Shown piece by piece: positions 38,375-51,392 of a DNA stretch of 64,000 nt. A program made the position numbers and the translations under genes. This DNA comes from a virus (taxonomy: Duplodnaviria; Heunggongvirae; Uroviricota; Caudoviricetes): positions 45,828 through 109,827 of IMG/VR virus record IMGVR_UViG_3300007747_000008, one strand, 5' to 3'. Each line of letters begins with the position of its first letter. The stretch's first letter is position 1. Under the pieces are notes generated by a model, which ran no database searches, was not told where the DNA came from, and saw only the letters and a program-made list of their open reading frames with translations.

Positions 38375-39068
38375 GAAATTACCATTCTGGATTATCCCCG
38401 CCCACTGGGGATTATCTGGAAAAGCAAAAGAACTAGCAAAGATTAATTATCAGTATGAAGGTTATGAAGCAGATATACGTTGTGCTCAACATATATACTT
38501 AACTGATTATGAAATTGATAAAGCATTAGTTGAAATAGAAAAGAAGTACAACAAACTTTCTGAACTTGAATTCGAGTTAAAAGTACTAGATGTTGATTTA
38601 AAACATAAAAGAATTAATAAAAGTACTAGAGATACTAAATCAGTGGAAGTTAGATATAAGTTTCATGAACTTACTGAGCGGGAATATGACGCTGAGATGA
38701 TTGAACTTATGGAAGATGGTGATGATAAGAAAATAGCAGCAACTGAGTTTGCTTTTAAATATCATGATATCACTGAGCATGAGTACAATAAAGAAATGTA
38801 CACACTTCGAAAGGAACCGTGGGCAGATTTTAATATAGAATTTGAACAAGAAACAAATGAAGTACAATTTACGTTTGATTACAATGAATACTTTTGGAAG
38901 AAATTAAAAGCCGAAGGTCATCCGGGTACAGACGAAGACGAGATCATTGAAAACTTTATTCGTGATTGGGGTCGTAAATTAGTTGATGAAGAGTACACTG
39001 ATGATCCAGATGTAAACTTAACTCGAATGACTGATGAGTTACCTGAGAATATTAAATTTTACAAATAA
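38367..39068 (+). CDS. Hypothetical protein with short helical repeats
   Basis: Start MAKKLPFW (38367); repeats such as LTDYEIDK, LTEREYDA, ITEHEYNK. Confidence 0.7.
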   Translation: MAKKLPFWIIPAHWGLSGKAKELAKINYQYEGYEADIRCAQHIYLTDYEIDKALVEIEKKYNKLSELEFELKVLDVDLKHKRINKSTRDTKSVEVRYKFHELTEREYDAEMIELMEDGDDKKIAATEFAFKYHDITEHEYNKEMYTLRKEPWADFNIEFEQETNEVQFTFDYNEYFWKKLKAEGHPGTDEDEIIENFIRDWGRKLVDEEYTDDPDVNLTRMTDELPENIKFYK

Positions 39069-39099
39069 AAAAAAGGAGAACATTGCGTTCTCCTTTTTT
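39067..39099. terminator. Bidirectional intrinsic terminator
   Basis: A8-GGAGAAC-ATTGC-GTTCTCC-T6 between convergent genes. Confidence 0.9.
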
Positions 39100-39109
39100 A
39101 TTGTTTTTA

Positions 39110-39763
39110 TTAATCTAGCAATGCTGGGATTGATTTGTAAATCTTGATAGCAAAGTTACCAGCGGCGTCAGCAGCGGAACCTTTAAGAATTACTTCAGCA
39201 CCAGTTTTGTCCATTAGTGGAACACCAGCCAAGTCATCTAGAAGTAGACGACCTTCATCGATTGATACAGATGGAACACCTTGGAAAGATGTAGCGTCAC
39301 GGTCGAACACGTTCGCACGTTCTACTAGGAAGGTAATCACATCAGCAGCAGCGATAGTAGCAGCAGCATCAACACCATCAACAACTTTCTTGAATCCAGC
39401 AACAGCAGTAGCTGAAGCGATGTCAGAAGTAGCGATGATAACAGCACGTTGCTGAACAACGTCAACGATACGCTTTAGGTTGGTCTGTGCAGCAAATGAC
39501 TCAGTGTAATCTGCTTCTAGGGTTGCTTCAATGAATTGAGAACCATCAACGCGAATAACACCTTTTTCATTTAGAAATGCTACGATTTCGTCAGCGTTTT
39601 GGGTGTTTAGAAAATGTTGTAGACCCACGAATGAGCACACAGCACCAGTAACTACAAGGGCGATATCGCCAGTAGTGTCGATAGCAATAGAAGCTAAGGC
39701 GTTCTTACCTTGGAAATAACCAAGTACGCTATCTTCGGAGAAACCATTAATACGTTCTAACAT
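39110..39763 (-). CDS. Abundant virion structural protein (decoration-like, putative)
   Basis: Ala/Val-rich; codon choice like the capsid gene; similar to its neighbour. Confidence 0.6.
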   Translation of the reverse strand: MLERINGFSEDSVLGYFQGKNALASIAIDTTGDIALVVTGAVCSFVGLQHFLNTQNADEIVAFLNEKGVIRVDGSQFIEATLEADYTESFAAQTNLKRIVDVVQQRAVIIATSDIASATAVAGFKKVVDGVDAAATIAAADVITFLVERANVFDRDATSFQGVPSVSIDEGRLLLDDLAGVPLMDKTGAEVILKGSAADAAGNFAIKIYKSIPALLD

Positions 39764-39776
39764 ATTATTCTCCTTA

Positions 39777-40340
39777 TTATACTAGTACTGGAAGTGATGC
39801 GAACACTTTGATTGCTACAGGAACAGCGTCAGCAGCAGTACCATCTTTCTTACGGAATGCACCAGCTTGTGCAAGAGATGCAGATAGTTCAGCACATGGA
39901 TCAACTGGAACTGGGTAGTTAGAACCCGGACGAACTGGTTGAGCAGTTAGAACATCTTGACGTTCGATAATGTAAGTAATACCGAAAGAAGTAGCAGTAA
40001 GAGTACCGGATTTACCGAAAGCAATTACGTTACCACCGATAGTACCAAAGCCAGCACCAGAAGCATCAACAGTACCTTTCGCTAGCATAGAAGTAGTAAC
40101 TTCTACAGAGCGTTGTGCTAGAATTTGAGCAATCATAAATTGGTTATATTCAGCAGCGGATAGTGCGGTTTGTGCAGCGTTGTCACCGAGTTCAGTACCA
40201 TCAGGTAGAACAGTGGTTTCACCGATTTCAACATCAGCAGGTAGGGAAACAACTACAGTTACAAAACCGTTGTTACCACCCCAGTATTCGCGACTATTAG
40301 CTGACATACCATAGTTACGATCAAAAGTATTAAGACCCAT
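39777..40340 (-). CDS. Abundant virion structural protein (decoration-like, putative)
   Basis: Ala/Gly/Val-rich; ATAAATA late promoters upstream on minus strand (~40385-40392, ~40451-40458). Confidence 0.6.
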   Translation of the reverse strand: MGLNTFDRNYGMSANSREYWGGNNGFVTVVVSLPADVEIGETTVLPDGTELGDNAAQTALSAAEYNQFMIAQILAQRSVEVTTSMLAKGTVDASGAGFGTIGGNVIAFGKSGTLTATSFGITYIIERQDVLTAQPVRPGSNYPVPVDPCAELSASLAQAGAFRKKDGTAADAVPVAIKVFASLPVLV

Positions 40341-40464
40341 AAAAATCTCCTTGTCTAATTTTTTGCAGGATTATCCTGCTTAAGATTATTTATCAAATCT
40401 TTTCATCACCTTTAGATAAATGAGAAAAAATCCAACATGTTTATATGATAATATTTATCAATTG

Positions 40465-40494
40465 TTGGGACAAACTGAAAAAATGTGCTATAAT
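40465..40494 (+). promoter_or_regulatory. Pre-replicative promoter (GGGACA-N16-TATAAT)
   Basis: TTGGGACAAACTGAAAAAATGTGCTATAAT. Confidence 0.8.
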
Positions 40495-40507
40495 AATAGA
40501 GAAATAA

Positions 40508-41514
<1,007 letters not shown>

Positions 41515-41515
<1 letters not shown>

Positions 41516-42015
41516 TGGCTATTTTAAAAAAATTAACTGATTATTCATTTATACTTGAAACACATGCCGGAGAACAACTCGGCATTGTTGTAGATTATAG
41601 TGCGGGTACGTCGGAACGTACTGGTATTGAGCTATTCAATCAAGACGATGTATTTCAATTTAAATCATTATCTGAATTGGAAGAATCTATAGGTGAAACA
41701 TTTGAAGTACAGGAAAAAGAATTAAACGATAATACTGTTAGTACTAAAGAAATTGAGGGATATCCGGTCAACGATACTGATTTGATTGTAGATATTAAAA
41801 TTGATCCAATTACTGGCTATCCGACATTTAGAAAAAGTACTAGATCTAAGAAACAGTTTATCCCCGGTTGGTGGATTGTACAAACTGGAAAAGGTTCATA
41901 TAACCCTAGACTTACTTTAAGTTTGGATAATTACAATGAACGCAAAGATACTGGTGAAATATATGGTCCATATAAAACTTATATGGAAGCCAACTATCAG
42001 TTAAAATCACTATAA
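41515..42015 (+). CDS. Hypothetical protein
   Basis: 166-aa ORF coupled to rnh. Confidence 0.65.
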
Positions 42016-42037
42016 GGATACTTCGGTATCCTTTTTT
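42014..42037 (+). terminator. Intrinsic terminator (cUUCGg)
   Basis: AAGGATAC-TTCG-GTATCCTT-TTTT. Confidence 0.9.
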
Positions 42038-42099
42038 AATTACAAATAATATAGTTTCATTTGAAACTATATTTGAGGTCATAAAACAATCTTTCATAA

Positions 42100-43770
<1,671 letters not shown>

Positions 43771-43790
43771 ATAGATTTATAAAACATTGA

Positions 43791-45086
<1,296 letters not shown>

Positions 45087-45106
45087 GGGAGTATATCTCC
45101 CTTATC

Positions 45107-45220
45107 TTGGGACAAAATGAATTTTTTGTGATATAATAATATTACGAAAGTATGACAACAAGAAGTCATTAAAAAAATCTTGAAATATTATGGGACATTT
45201 GATAAAAAATGTGATATAAT
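45107..45220 (+). promoter_or_regulatory. Tandem pre-replicative promoters for gp32
   Basis: GGGACA 45109-14 / TATAAT 45132-37 and GGGACA 45192-97 / TATAAT 45215-20, both 17-nt spacers. Confidence 0.85.
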
Positions 45221-45334
45221 ATACATACCGAGGGAAATGAATTCTATCGGTATTGCGAAGACCTAGGATGGGTTGGAGCTAACAAAGAAGCAAAATTAAA
45301 ATGAAACAAAGAAACCAATGTAAAGGAATACAAT

Positions 45335-46378
45335 ATGAAATCTCTAGCTGAAATTCGTGCTCAATTAAAAGCAGACGCAGACCGTAACGAAGCAATCAAA
45401 AACGGTACATTCACTGGCACCCGCCAAGCAGATGCGTTCCTAGCTTTCTGGAACATTCCAGAGAACCAAGCACTAAACCTACGCTTCCTACCAGATGCTG
45501 ATGAAAACAATCCATTCTTCTGGCGTGAACGTGACATGATTACCCTTGAATTCAATGGCGTTGTTGGTCAACATACCGATAAAGTTCGTGTTCAAGTACC
45601 ATGTAACGAAATGTGGGTTCCAAAATCTTGCCCAGTACTAATCGAACTACGTAAGTGGTATGAAAGTGCTAAAGAAACTGGCAACGATGAACTAAAACAA
45701 CTAGCTAGCAAATACTGGAAGAAAAAATCTTATCTACTACAGTGCTTCATTGCACCAGATTCAGTAGCAGTAAAAGATGATATGGCTCCAGAGAATCCAA
45801 TTCGCCGTGTACTAGTAAACAAGGAAATTTTCGATAAAGTAAAATCTATCCTAATGAATCCGGGAATCAAAGAAATGCCTACTCATTATCAAGAAGGTCG
45901 TGACTTTGGTGTTGTTAAAACTCGTAATGGTGGTGGCTTCAACAAATATGACATGTCTCAATTCTCCATGTCAGAGCGTCCACTAAATGCAGAAGAACTA
46001 GCGGCAATCGACCAATACGGTCTTTTCGATCTAGGTGAATTTATGCCTAAGCAACCGACTCCAGAAGAGTTGCAAGCTATCGCAGAAATGTTCGAAGCAT
46101 CTGTTGATGGAAAAGCTTACGACCCAGCTAAATGGGCATTTGCTTACCGTCCAGCAGGCGTTCAAAAACCAAGCGGTACAACTTCTACCACCACTACACC
46201 AGTACAACAGACTGTTGCTCAACCAACTCCAGCAGTAACTGCTCCAGTTGTTGAAACACCAACTGTGACTGCTCCAGTAGTAACTGCTCCAGTGGCACAA
46301 ACCACTCCAGCAGCAGCAACTAAACCAGCAGTATCTGCTTCTGATTTAGTAGCTCGTCTAAAAAGTGGTAACAAGTAA
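45335..46378 (+). CDS. Single-stranded DNA-binding protein, gp32-like
   Basis: LRFLPDADE...CPVL..L..WY...YW.KKSY...GRDF...YD.SQF core of T4-type SSB. Confidence 0.88.
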   Translation: MKSLAEIRAQLKADADRNEAIKNGTFTGTRQADAFLAFWNIPENQALNLRFLPDADENNPFFWRERDMITLEFNGVVGQHTDKVRVQVPCNEMWVPKSCPVLIELRKWYESAKETGNDELKQLASKYWKKKSYLLQCFIAPDSVAVKDDMAPENPIRRVLVNKEIFDKVKSILMNPGIKEMPTHYQEGRDFGVVKTRNGGGFNKYDMSQFSMSERPLNAEELAAIDQYGLFDLGEFMPKQPTPEELQAIAEMFEASVDGKAYDPAKWAFAYRPAGVQKPSGTTSTTTTPVQQTVAQPTPAVTAPVVETPTVTAPVVTAPVAQTTPAAATKPAVSASDLVARLKSGNK

Positions 46379-46388
46379 TTTTTCATAT

Positions 46389-46416
46389 GGGGCTACGGAT
46401 TAGCCCCGTTTTATTT
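46389..46416 (+). terminator. Intrinsic terminator
   Basis: GGGGCTA-CGGAT-TAGCCCC-GTTTTATTT. Confidence 0.8.
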
Positions 46417-46430
46417 CAAGGAGTGAAATA

Positions 46431-47558
46431 ATGAAACTATCGTCTGGTTTTTCTAATATTCTAAAAAACAGTGCTGCATCAGTTAAAAAGAATTCTGGTG
46501 TTAGTGTAGGATTCCATGATCCAGATACATGGATCAGTACTGGTAATTTAGCTTTAAACTATCGCATTAGTGGTGATTTTAAGAAGGGTATTCCCCTAGG
46601 TAAAGTTACTATGTTTGCTGGTGAATCTGGTAGTGGTAAGTCTTTCATTGTGAGTGGTAACATTGCACGTGAAGCACAAAAACAGGGTATCTTTGTAGTA
46701 CTAATCGATTCTGAGAATGCGTTGGATTCAGATTGGCTACATGCACTAGGTGTAGATACTGCTGAAGACAAACTACTAAAAATGAACATGGGTATGATTG
46801 GTGATGTTGCTAAATTTACTTATGAGTTCATTGAAGGTTATCGTAAAGAATACGAGAACGTTCCACGTGATGAAAGAATGAAAGTACTATTCATCATTGA
46901 CTCAATTGGTATGTTAAATACCGAAATTGCAAATGACCAAATGAAAGCCGGTAACCTTAAAGGTGATATGGGTCACAAGCCAAAACAACTTAAAGCATTC
47001 ATCACAAACTGTGTTAACAGTATTGGTGCATTGAATATGGGCTTAGTATGCGTTAACCACTCATATGAAAGTCAAGATATGTTTAGTCCTGATCCAAAGA
47101 TCAGTGGTGGTAGTGGCTTAGTATATGCATCTTCTATTGTAGTAGCTATGGGTAAACTAAAGCTAAAAGAAGATGAAGCTGGTAATAAGACTTCTGACGT
47201 TAGCGGTATTCGAGCTAAATGTAAAGTAATGAAAACTCGTTACAATAAACCATTCGAAGATGTGGAAATTAAAATCCCATATGAACGTGGTATGGATCCA
47301 CTAAGTGGTCTATTTGATATGTTCCAGAAATACGAACTAATAACAAAAAATGGCAATCGTCATTTATACGTTGACATTGATACTGGTGAACAGATTCTAA
47401 TGTTTGAAAAAGCATGGCGTCAAAATACCAATTCATGTTTGGAATTAGTAATGGAACAATTCAACCGTCACCCTAACTTTGATCATATTCCTGAAAACGA
47501 GAAAGGTGATGAAAGCTTTGGTGTAGACGAAGATGTAAATGGTGCAGGAGAAGAGTAA
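46431..47558 (+). CDS. uvsX: RecA-like recombinase (UvsX)
   Basis: AGESGSGKS Walker A, IDSENA, IIDSIG, SGGSGLVYASS. Confidence 0.92.
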   Translation: MKLSSGFSNILKNSAASVKKNSGVSVGFHDPDTWISTGNLALNYRISGDFKKGIPLGKVTMFAGESGSGKSFIVSGNIAREAQKQGIFVVLIDSENALDSDWLHALGVDTAEDKLLKMNMGMIGDVAKFTYEFIEGYRKEYENVPRDERMKVLFIIDSIGMLNTEIANDQMKAGNLKGDMGHKPKQLKAFITNCVNSIGALNMGLVCVNHSYESQDMFSPDPKISGGSGLVYASSIVVAMGKLKLKEDEAGNKTSDVSGIRAKCKVMKTRYNKPFEDVEIKIPYERGMDPLSGLFDMFQKYELITKNGNRHLYVDIDTGEQILMFEKAWRQNTNSCLELVMEQFNRHPNFDHIPENEKGDESFGVDEDVNGAGEE

Positions 47559-48019
47559 TGCGACCTTGGCATTGGGTTATTAAAGATGACAAAACCAAGA
47601 TTGTTGACATGATTGAATTTTATGATGGTGAGCTTGAAGAGGCTCGCCGTGAAGTAAAACAGATTGGTATAATCGAGAAACTAGCTCAGCAATTACCGGC
47701 TTGGCATGAATCCAGATATAGCCAGTTGCAACAACTTGAAGCAGTACTTGAAGTATTGGAAATAGAAATGAAACAGTTGGAATCGGAGAAGTTTAAACAC
47801 TTCTTGGAACATTACAAACGCCAACTTTCTAGTTCAGATTGTAAAAGATATGTTGAGGGTGACAAAGACGTTGCCGAATTAGCTGAACTAATTAACGAAG
47901 TAGCTTATATTCGTAACCAGTACACAAGTATTATAAAATCGTTAGAGATGAAAGCTTTCCAGTTAAACAATATTGTTAAACTAAGAGCACAAGGAATCGA
48001 AGACGCAAGATTAGACTAA
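47558..48019 (+). CDS. uvsY: Recombination mediator, UvsY-like
   Basis: YKRQLSSSDCKRYVEGD...IIKSLEMKAFQLNNIVKLR; follows uvsX. Confidence 0.75.
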   Translation: MRPWHWVIKDDKTKIVDMIEFYDGELEEARREVKQIGIIEKLAQQLPAWHESRYSQLQQLEAVLEVLEIEMKQLESEKFKHFLEHYKRQLSSSDCKRYVEGDKDVAELAELINEVAYIRNQYTSIIKSLEMKAFQLNNIVKLRAQGIEDARLD

Positions 48020-48025
48020 ATTATT

Positions 48026-48055
48026 AAGGACGCATTGTATGCGTCCTTTTCTTTT
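48026..48055 (+). terminator. Intrinsic terminator
   Basis: AAGGACGCAT-TGT-ATGCGTCCTT-TTCTTTT. Confidence 0.88.
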
Positions 48056-48066
48056 GAGAAAACAAT

Positions 48067-48885
48067 ATGAATAAGATGGAAGAATTTTTACAAAACGTAG
48101 TAGTAAATGATACTGAAACAACTGGTGTTTCCGAAGATGATGATATTATTGAATTCAGTGCGTCATTTCCAATGAGTACAAATGATGATATTGATGAAAT
48201 CATGAACTACACGCAACGTTATAAGCCATTAAAGCCAGTTCCAGCAATTGCATCATCTGTGCATTTCATCACTGATGAAGATTTAGAAAACTGTGGAACC
48301 TATAAAGATGATATTGAGAATATTGATTCACTATTTGGTTCACGTGAATATTATGTTGGGCATAATGTTGTTTTTGATCGTGATATGTATGTACAGAACC
48401 ACCGTAGAAGTACTGGTATCGTACCATCATATATGACCGAAAACCGCAAATGGATCTGTACTTTACGCTTAGCAAAAAAACTATTTTCGGAAGATATGGA
48501 GTATGAGAATTTTAAACTAAGTTACCTTTGGTTTAAATACGGATTGAATAAAGACGTTAATCGCCCAATTAATGCTCACGCAGCAAAAGACGATGTATTC
48601 ATGTGTTACAAGGTATTAGTACGGTTAGTTGAAATATGTATTGAACGAGGGGAGATTGACCCTAACCAAGATATTGGTGAACAAATCATTGCTTTTTGTG
48701 ATAAGCCTTATCGATTCCAATTGATGCCAATGGGTAAACACAAAGGCATGAAAATGAAAGAAGTACCATTGAACTACTTAACATGGATGATAACTAATAG
48801 TGACATTCTAAATTCCGATTTACCAAATTATGATGCTGATTTGGCTTACACCATAGAATGTGAGTACGCAGAAAGAACCAATTGA
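48067..48885 (+). CDS. DEDDh 3'-5' exonuclease (ExoX/DnaQ-like) with C-terminal DUF3820-like motif
   Basis: DTETTG, GHNVVFD, CTLRLAK, HAAKDD; MPMGKHKG...VPLNYLTWM. Confidence 0.88.
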   Translation: MNKMEEFLQNVVVNDTETTGVSEDDDIIEFSASFPMSTNDDIDEIMNYTQRYKPLKPVPAIASSVHFITDEDLENCGTYKDDIENIDSLFGSREYYVGHNVVFDRDMYVQNHRRSTGIVPSYMTENRKWICTLRLAKKLFSEDMEYENFKLSYLWFKYGLNKDVNRPINAHAAKDDVFMCYKVLVRLVEICIERGEIDPNQDIGEQIIAFCDKPYRFQLMPMGKHKGMKMKEVPLNYLTWMITNSDILNSDLPNYDADLAYTIECEYAERTN

Positions 48886-48902
48886 TTTAAAAGGACTCAA
48901 GG

Positions 48903-50387
48903 ATGAGTGGAGTTTGTAGACTAATACTTCAGGATGAAGTGAACTGTAAATTTGAGGGGCTAGACCCCTCTGTAAGAAATAAGATGATTAATGAAGTTTC
49001 CTATGTACTTCCTTATGCACGATATACACCAGCAGGTCGTATGGGTCGTTGGGATGGTAAGGTAAACTTTATGAATATGGGTGGAAGTACTTATTATCAT
49101 ATGTTGGATAAGTTACTACCTATATTAGAAAAACAAAATGTAATGATCGATGTAATTGATGAGCGTATTCAGTTTGATATGCAATTTGATGACATTGATG
49201 AAAACATTTTTGATTATGTTGATTTTCCTGCTGGTCACCACATGGAAGGTCAAAAAATAGTTTTACGTGAACACCAAGTTAATGCAGTTAATGCGTGTTT
49301 GAAAAACAATCACGGATTATTGCTTGCAAGTACTAGTTCTGGTAAAACTTTAATTACCGCTGCATTATCTAAAAGTGTTGAAAAATATGGAAGAAGTATT
49401 ATTATAGTACCAAGTACTGATTTAGTACAACAGACTTATAATGATTACGCAATGGTTGGTTTAGATGCTGGTGTGTTTTATGGTGATAAAAAACAATTAG
49501 GTCATCAACATACTATTACTACATGGCAATCTTTAAACTCTTTGTGGAAGAAGACTAAGAAAGATGAGATTGCAATGACCGAGGAAGACATATACGACTT
49601 CATTAATGGCGTCGTGTGTGTTATGGTGGATGAGGCACATACAAGTGCTGCTGAAGCATTACAGGCTGTTCTAGGGCAGGTTATGTGTAAGATTCCATTG
49701 CGTTGGGGATTAACTGGGACTATTCCCAAAGACCCAGTACTTGCAGCTAAAATCAAGTGTAATGTTGGTGATATTATATACACCATTACTGCTAAGGAAT
49801 TACAAGACAAAAATATATTGAGTACTTGTAATGTGAACTGTATTAAACTAAAAAGTTCATTAAAATTTGCAACCTATCCAGAAGAGATGAAATTCCTAGT
49901 AACTGATAGGGATCGAATGAGATATATTGCAACTTTAATTGGTGCAATTTCCGAAAGTGGAAATACTTTAGTTTTAGTTGATAGGTTAGAAGCTGGAGAG
50001 TTACTATGTGAATTCTTGGGTATTCCAAAATCAGAATTCGTTAGAGGAAATACTAAGAAGAAAGATCGCGAAGCATCTTATGGTGAGATCCGATGGGCTG
50101 ACAACAGAATACTAATTGCAACCTATGGAGTTGCCAGTACTGGTATTAGTATTAGTCGATTATATAATGTTGTTTTGATTGAACCGGGTAAATCATTTGT
50201 GAGAACCATTCAAAGTATTGGTCGTGGGTTACGTCGTGCAGAAGATAAAGATCATGTTGAAATTTATGATATTTCTGGAACGAACAAATATTCAGCAAAA
50301 CATTCAAGAGAACGAACTGCATACTACAAAGAGGTTGAATATCCTTTTGAAAATGTGGTAGTGAACGATTGGCAAAACTTGGGATGA
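48903..50387 (+). CDS. uvsW: SF2 helicase, UvsW-like
   Basis: STSSGKT, DEAH, GLTGT, QSIGRGLR. Confidence 0.9.
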   Translation: MSGVCRLILQDEVNCKFEGLDPSVRNKMINEVSYVLPYARYTPAGRMGRWDGKVNFMNMGGSTYYHMLDKLLPILEKQNVMIDVIDERIQFDMQFDDIDENIFDYVDFPAGHHMEGQKIVLREHQVNAVNACLKNNHGLLLASTSSGKTLITAALSKSVEKYGRSIIIVPSTDLVQQTYNDYAMVGLDAGVFYGDKKQLGHQHTITTWQSLNSLWKKTKKDEIAMTEEDIYDFINGVVCVMVDEAHTSAAEALQAVLGQVMCKIPLRWGLTGTIPKDPVLAAKIKCNVGDIIYTITAKELQDKNILSTCNVNCIKLKSSLKFATYPEEMKFLVTDRDRMRYIATLIGAISESGNTLVLVDRLEAGELLCEFLGIPKSEFVRGNTKKKDREASYGEIRWADNRILIATYGVASTGISISRLYNVVLIEPGKSFVRTIQSIGRGLRRAEDKDHVEIYDISGTNKYSAKHSRERTAYYKEVEYPFENVVVNDWQNLG

Positions 50388-50409
50388 ATCACAAAAAATG
50401 TGATATAAT
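50379..50409 (+). promoter_or_regulatory. Pre-replicative promoter (GGGATG-N17-TATAAT)
   Basis: TTGGGATGAATCACAAAAAATGTGATATAAT. Confidence 0.75.
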
Positions 50410-50444
50410 ATAACTGTAACAAAACTTAAAAAGGAAATTTTGAA

Positions 50445-50882
50445 ATGGAACTTCGATCTTGTATAGCTTTTATTAGCGATTCGGCAACGCTTGATAAGAT
50501 CGATTCCTTGGTTAACGAGGAATCTTTGATTGATGATATGGTATTCTCAGTAGATTTTATTCCAGAATTGGAAACTTCTGATACATACGTATATCGTTGC
50601 TATTCTAATAGTGATTCATGGATTAACATCTATGAAATACAAACACGATTTGCTGAATATCTCAGCAATACAAAATATGATATTATATATGCAAGTACTG
50701 ACTCAAAAACATTTGTTGATGTAGTTAGTATTACTGGTAATTTCGATGCATATGTTGATACTGATACTGATAAAATTCAGGAAATTTGTAATACTTATGG
50801 GTTGGAGTACTTTGGGTCTACTGATGAAGACGAAGATGACTATCAGTACGATGATTACGATGACAATGACTATTACAACTAA
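50445..50882 (+). CDS. Hypothetical acidic protein
   Basis: 145-aa ORF directly after the promoter, AAGGA RBS. Confidence 0.65.
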   Translation: MELRSCIAFISDSATLDKIDSLVNEESLIDDMVFSVDFIPELETSDTYVYRCYSNSDSWINIYEIQTRFAEYLSNTKYDIIYASTDSKTFVDVVSITGNFDAYVDTDTDKIQEICNTYGLEYFGSTDEDEDDYQYDDYDDNDYYN

Positions 50883-50892
50883 GGAGGGTACA

Positions 50893-51390
50893 ATGCAAAT
50901 ATTGACTCCAGAAAATTATGCTTATGAAATGGATTTAGTATCAGATGAAATACCAGACGAAATGTACTGTGTACTAGACTTGAGTGAGCAGGGTGATTCT
51001 GATTTTTACTTCAGACCAATTAATCACACTGTATCATTTAATAGTCTAAGTGCTGATTTACAGATTGGTGAAAAGATAATTCAAGTACCATTAGGGTGGC
51101 AAATCCTATTAGGTGATGAAGATACTGGTATGGTCGAGATGTGTACTATTGAAAACATCTTGAATATGAAAGAGCCAAAAGCTTACGTATATAATCCAAT
51201 ACGCTCTATGTACGCTCGATTTGAGAGTGTTAAAGTACTACGAGTGTTCACACTAACAACTAAATGGCAAATGCCGATGGTGCAACGTAAAAACTTACTT
51301 GCAGTACCATTGTGTACCGGGTTTAATCCGCAGTGCGTGTTTTTTGCTGATGAAAATGAAAAAATACCAGATCTATTTTTGGGGATATAA
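50893..51390 (+). CDS. Hypothetical beta-rich protein
   Basis: Start ATG 50893 with AAGGAGG (MQILTPEN...). Confidence 0.7.
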   Translation: MQILTPENYAYEMDLVSDEIPDEMYCVLDLSEQGDSDFYFRPINHTVSFNSLSADLQIGEKIIQVPLGWQILLGDEDTGMVEMCTIENILNMKEPKAYVYNPIRSMYARFESVKVLRVFTLTTKWQMPMVQRKNLLAVPLCTGFNPQCVFFADENEKIPDLFLGI

Positions 51391-51392
51391 TA

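Noticed and set aside
50893-51390. Hint/intein-like fold suggested by LQIGEKIIQVPLGWQILL
   Set aside because: No N-terminal Cys/Ser, block B His or C-terminal His-Asn; resemblance too weak without a profile search.
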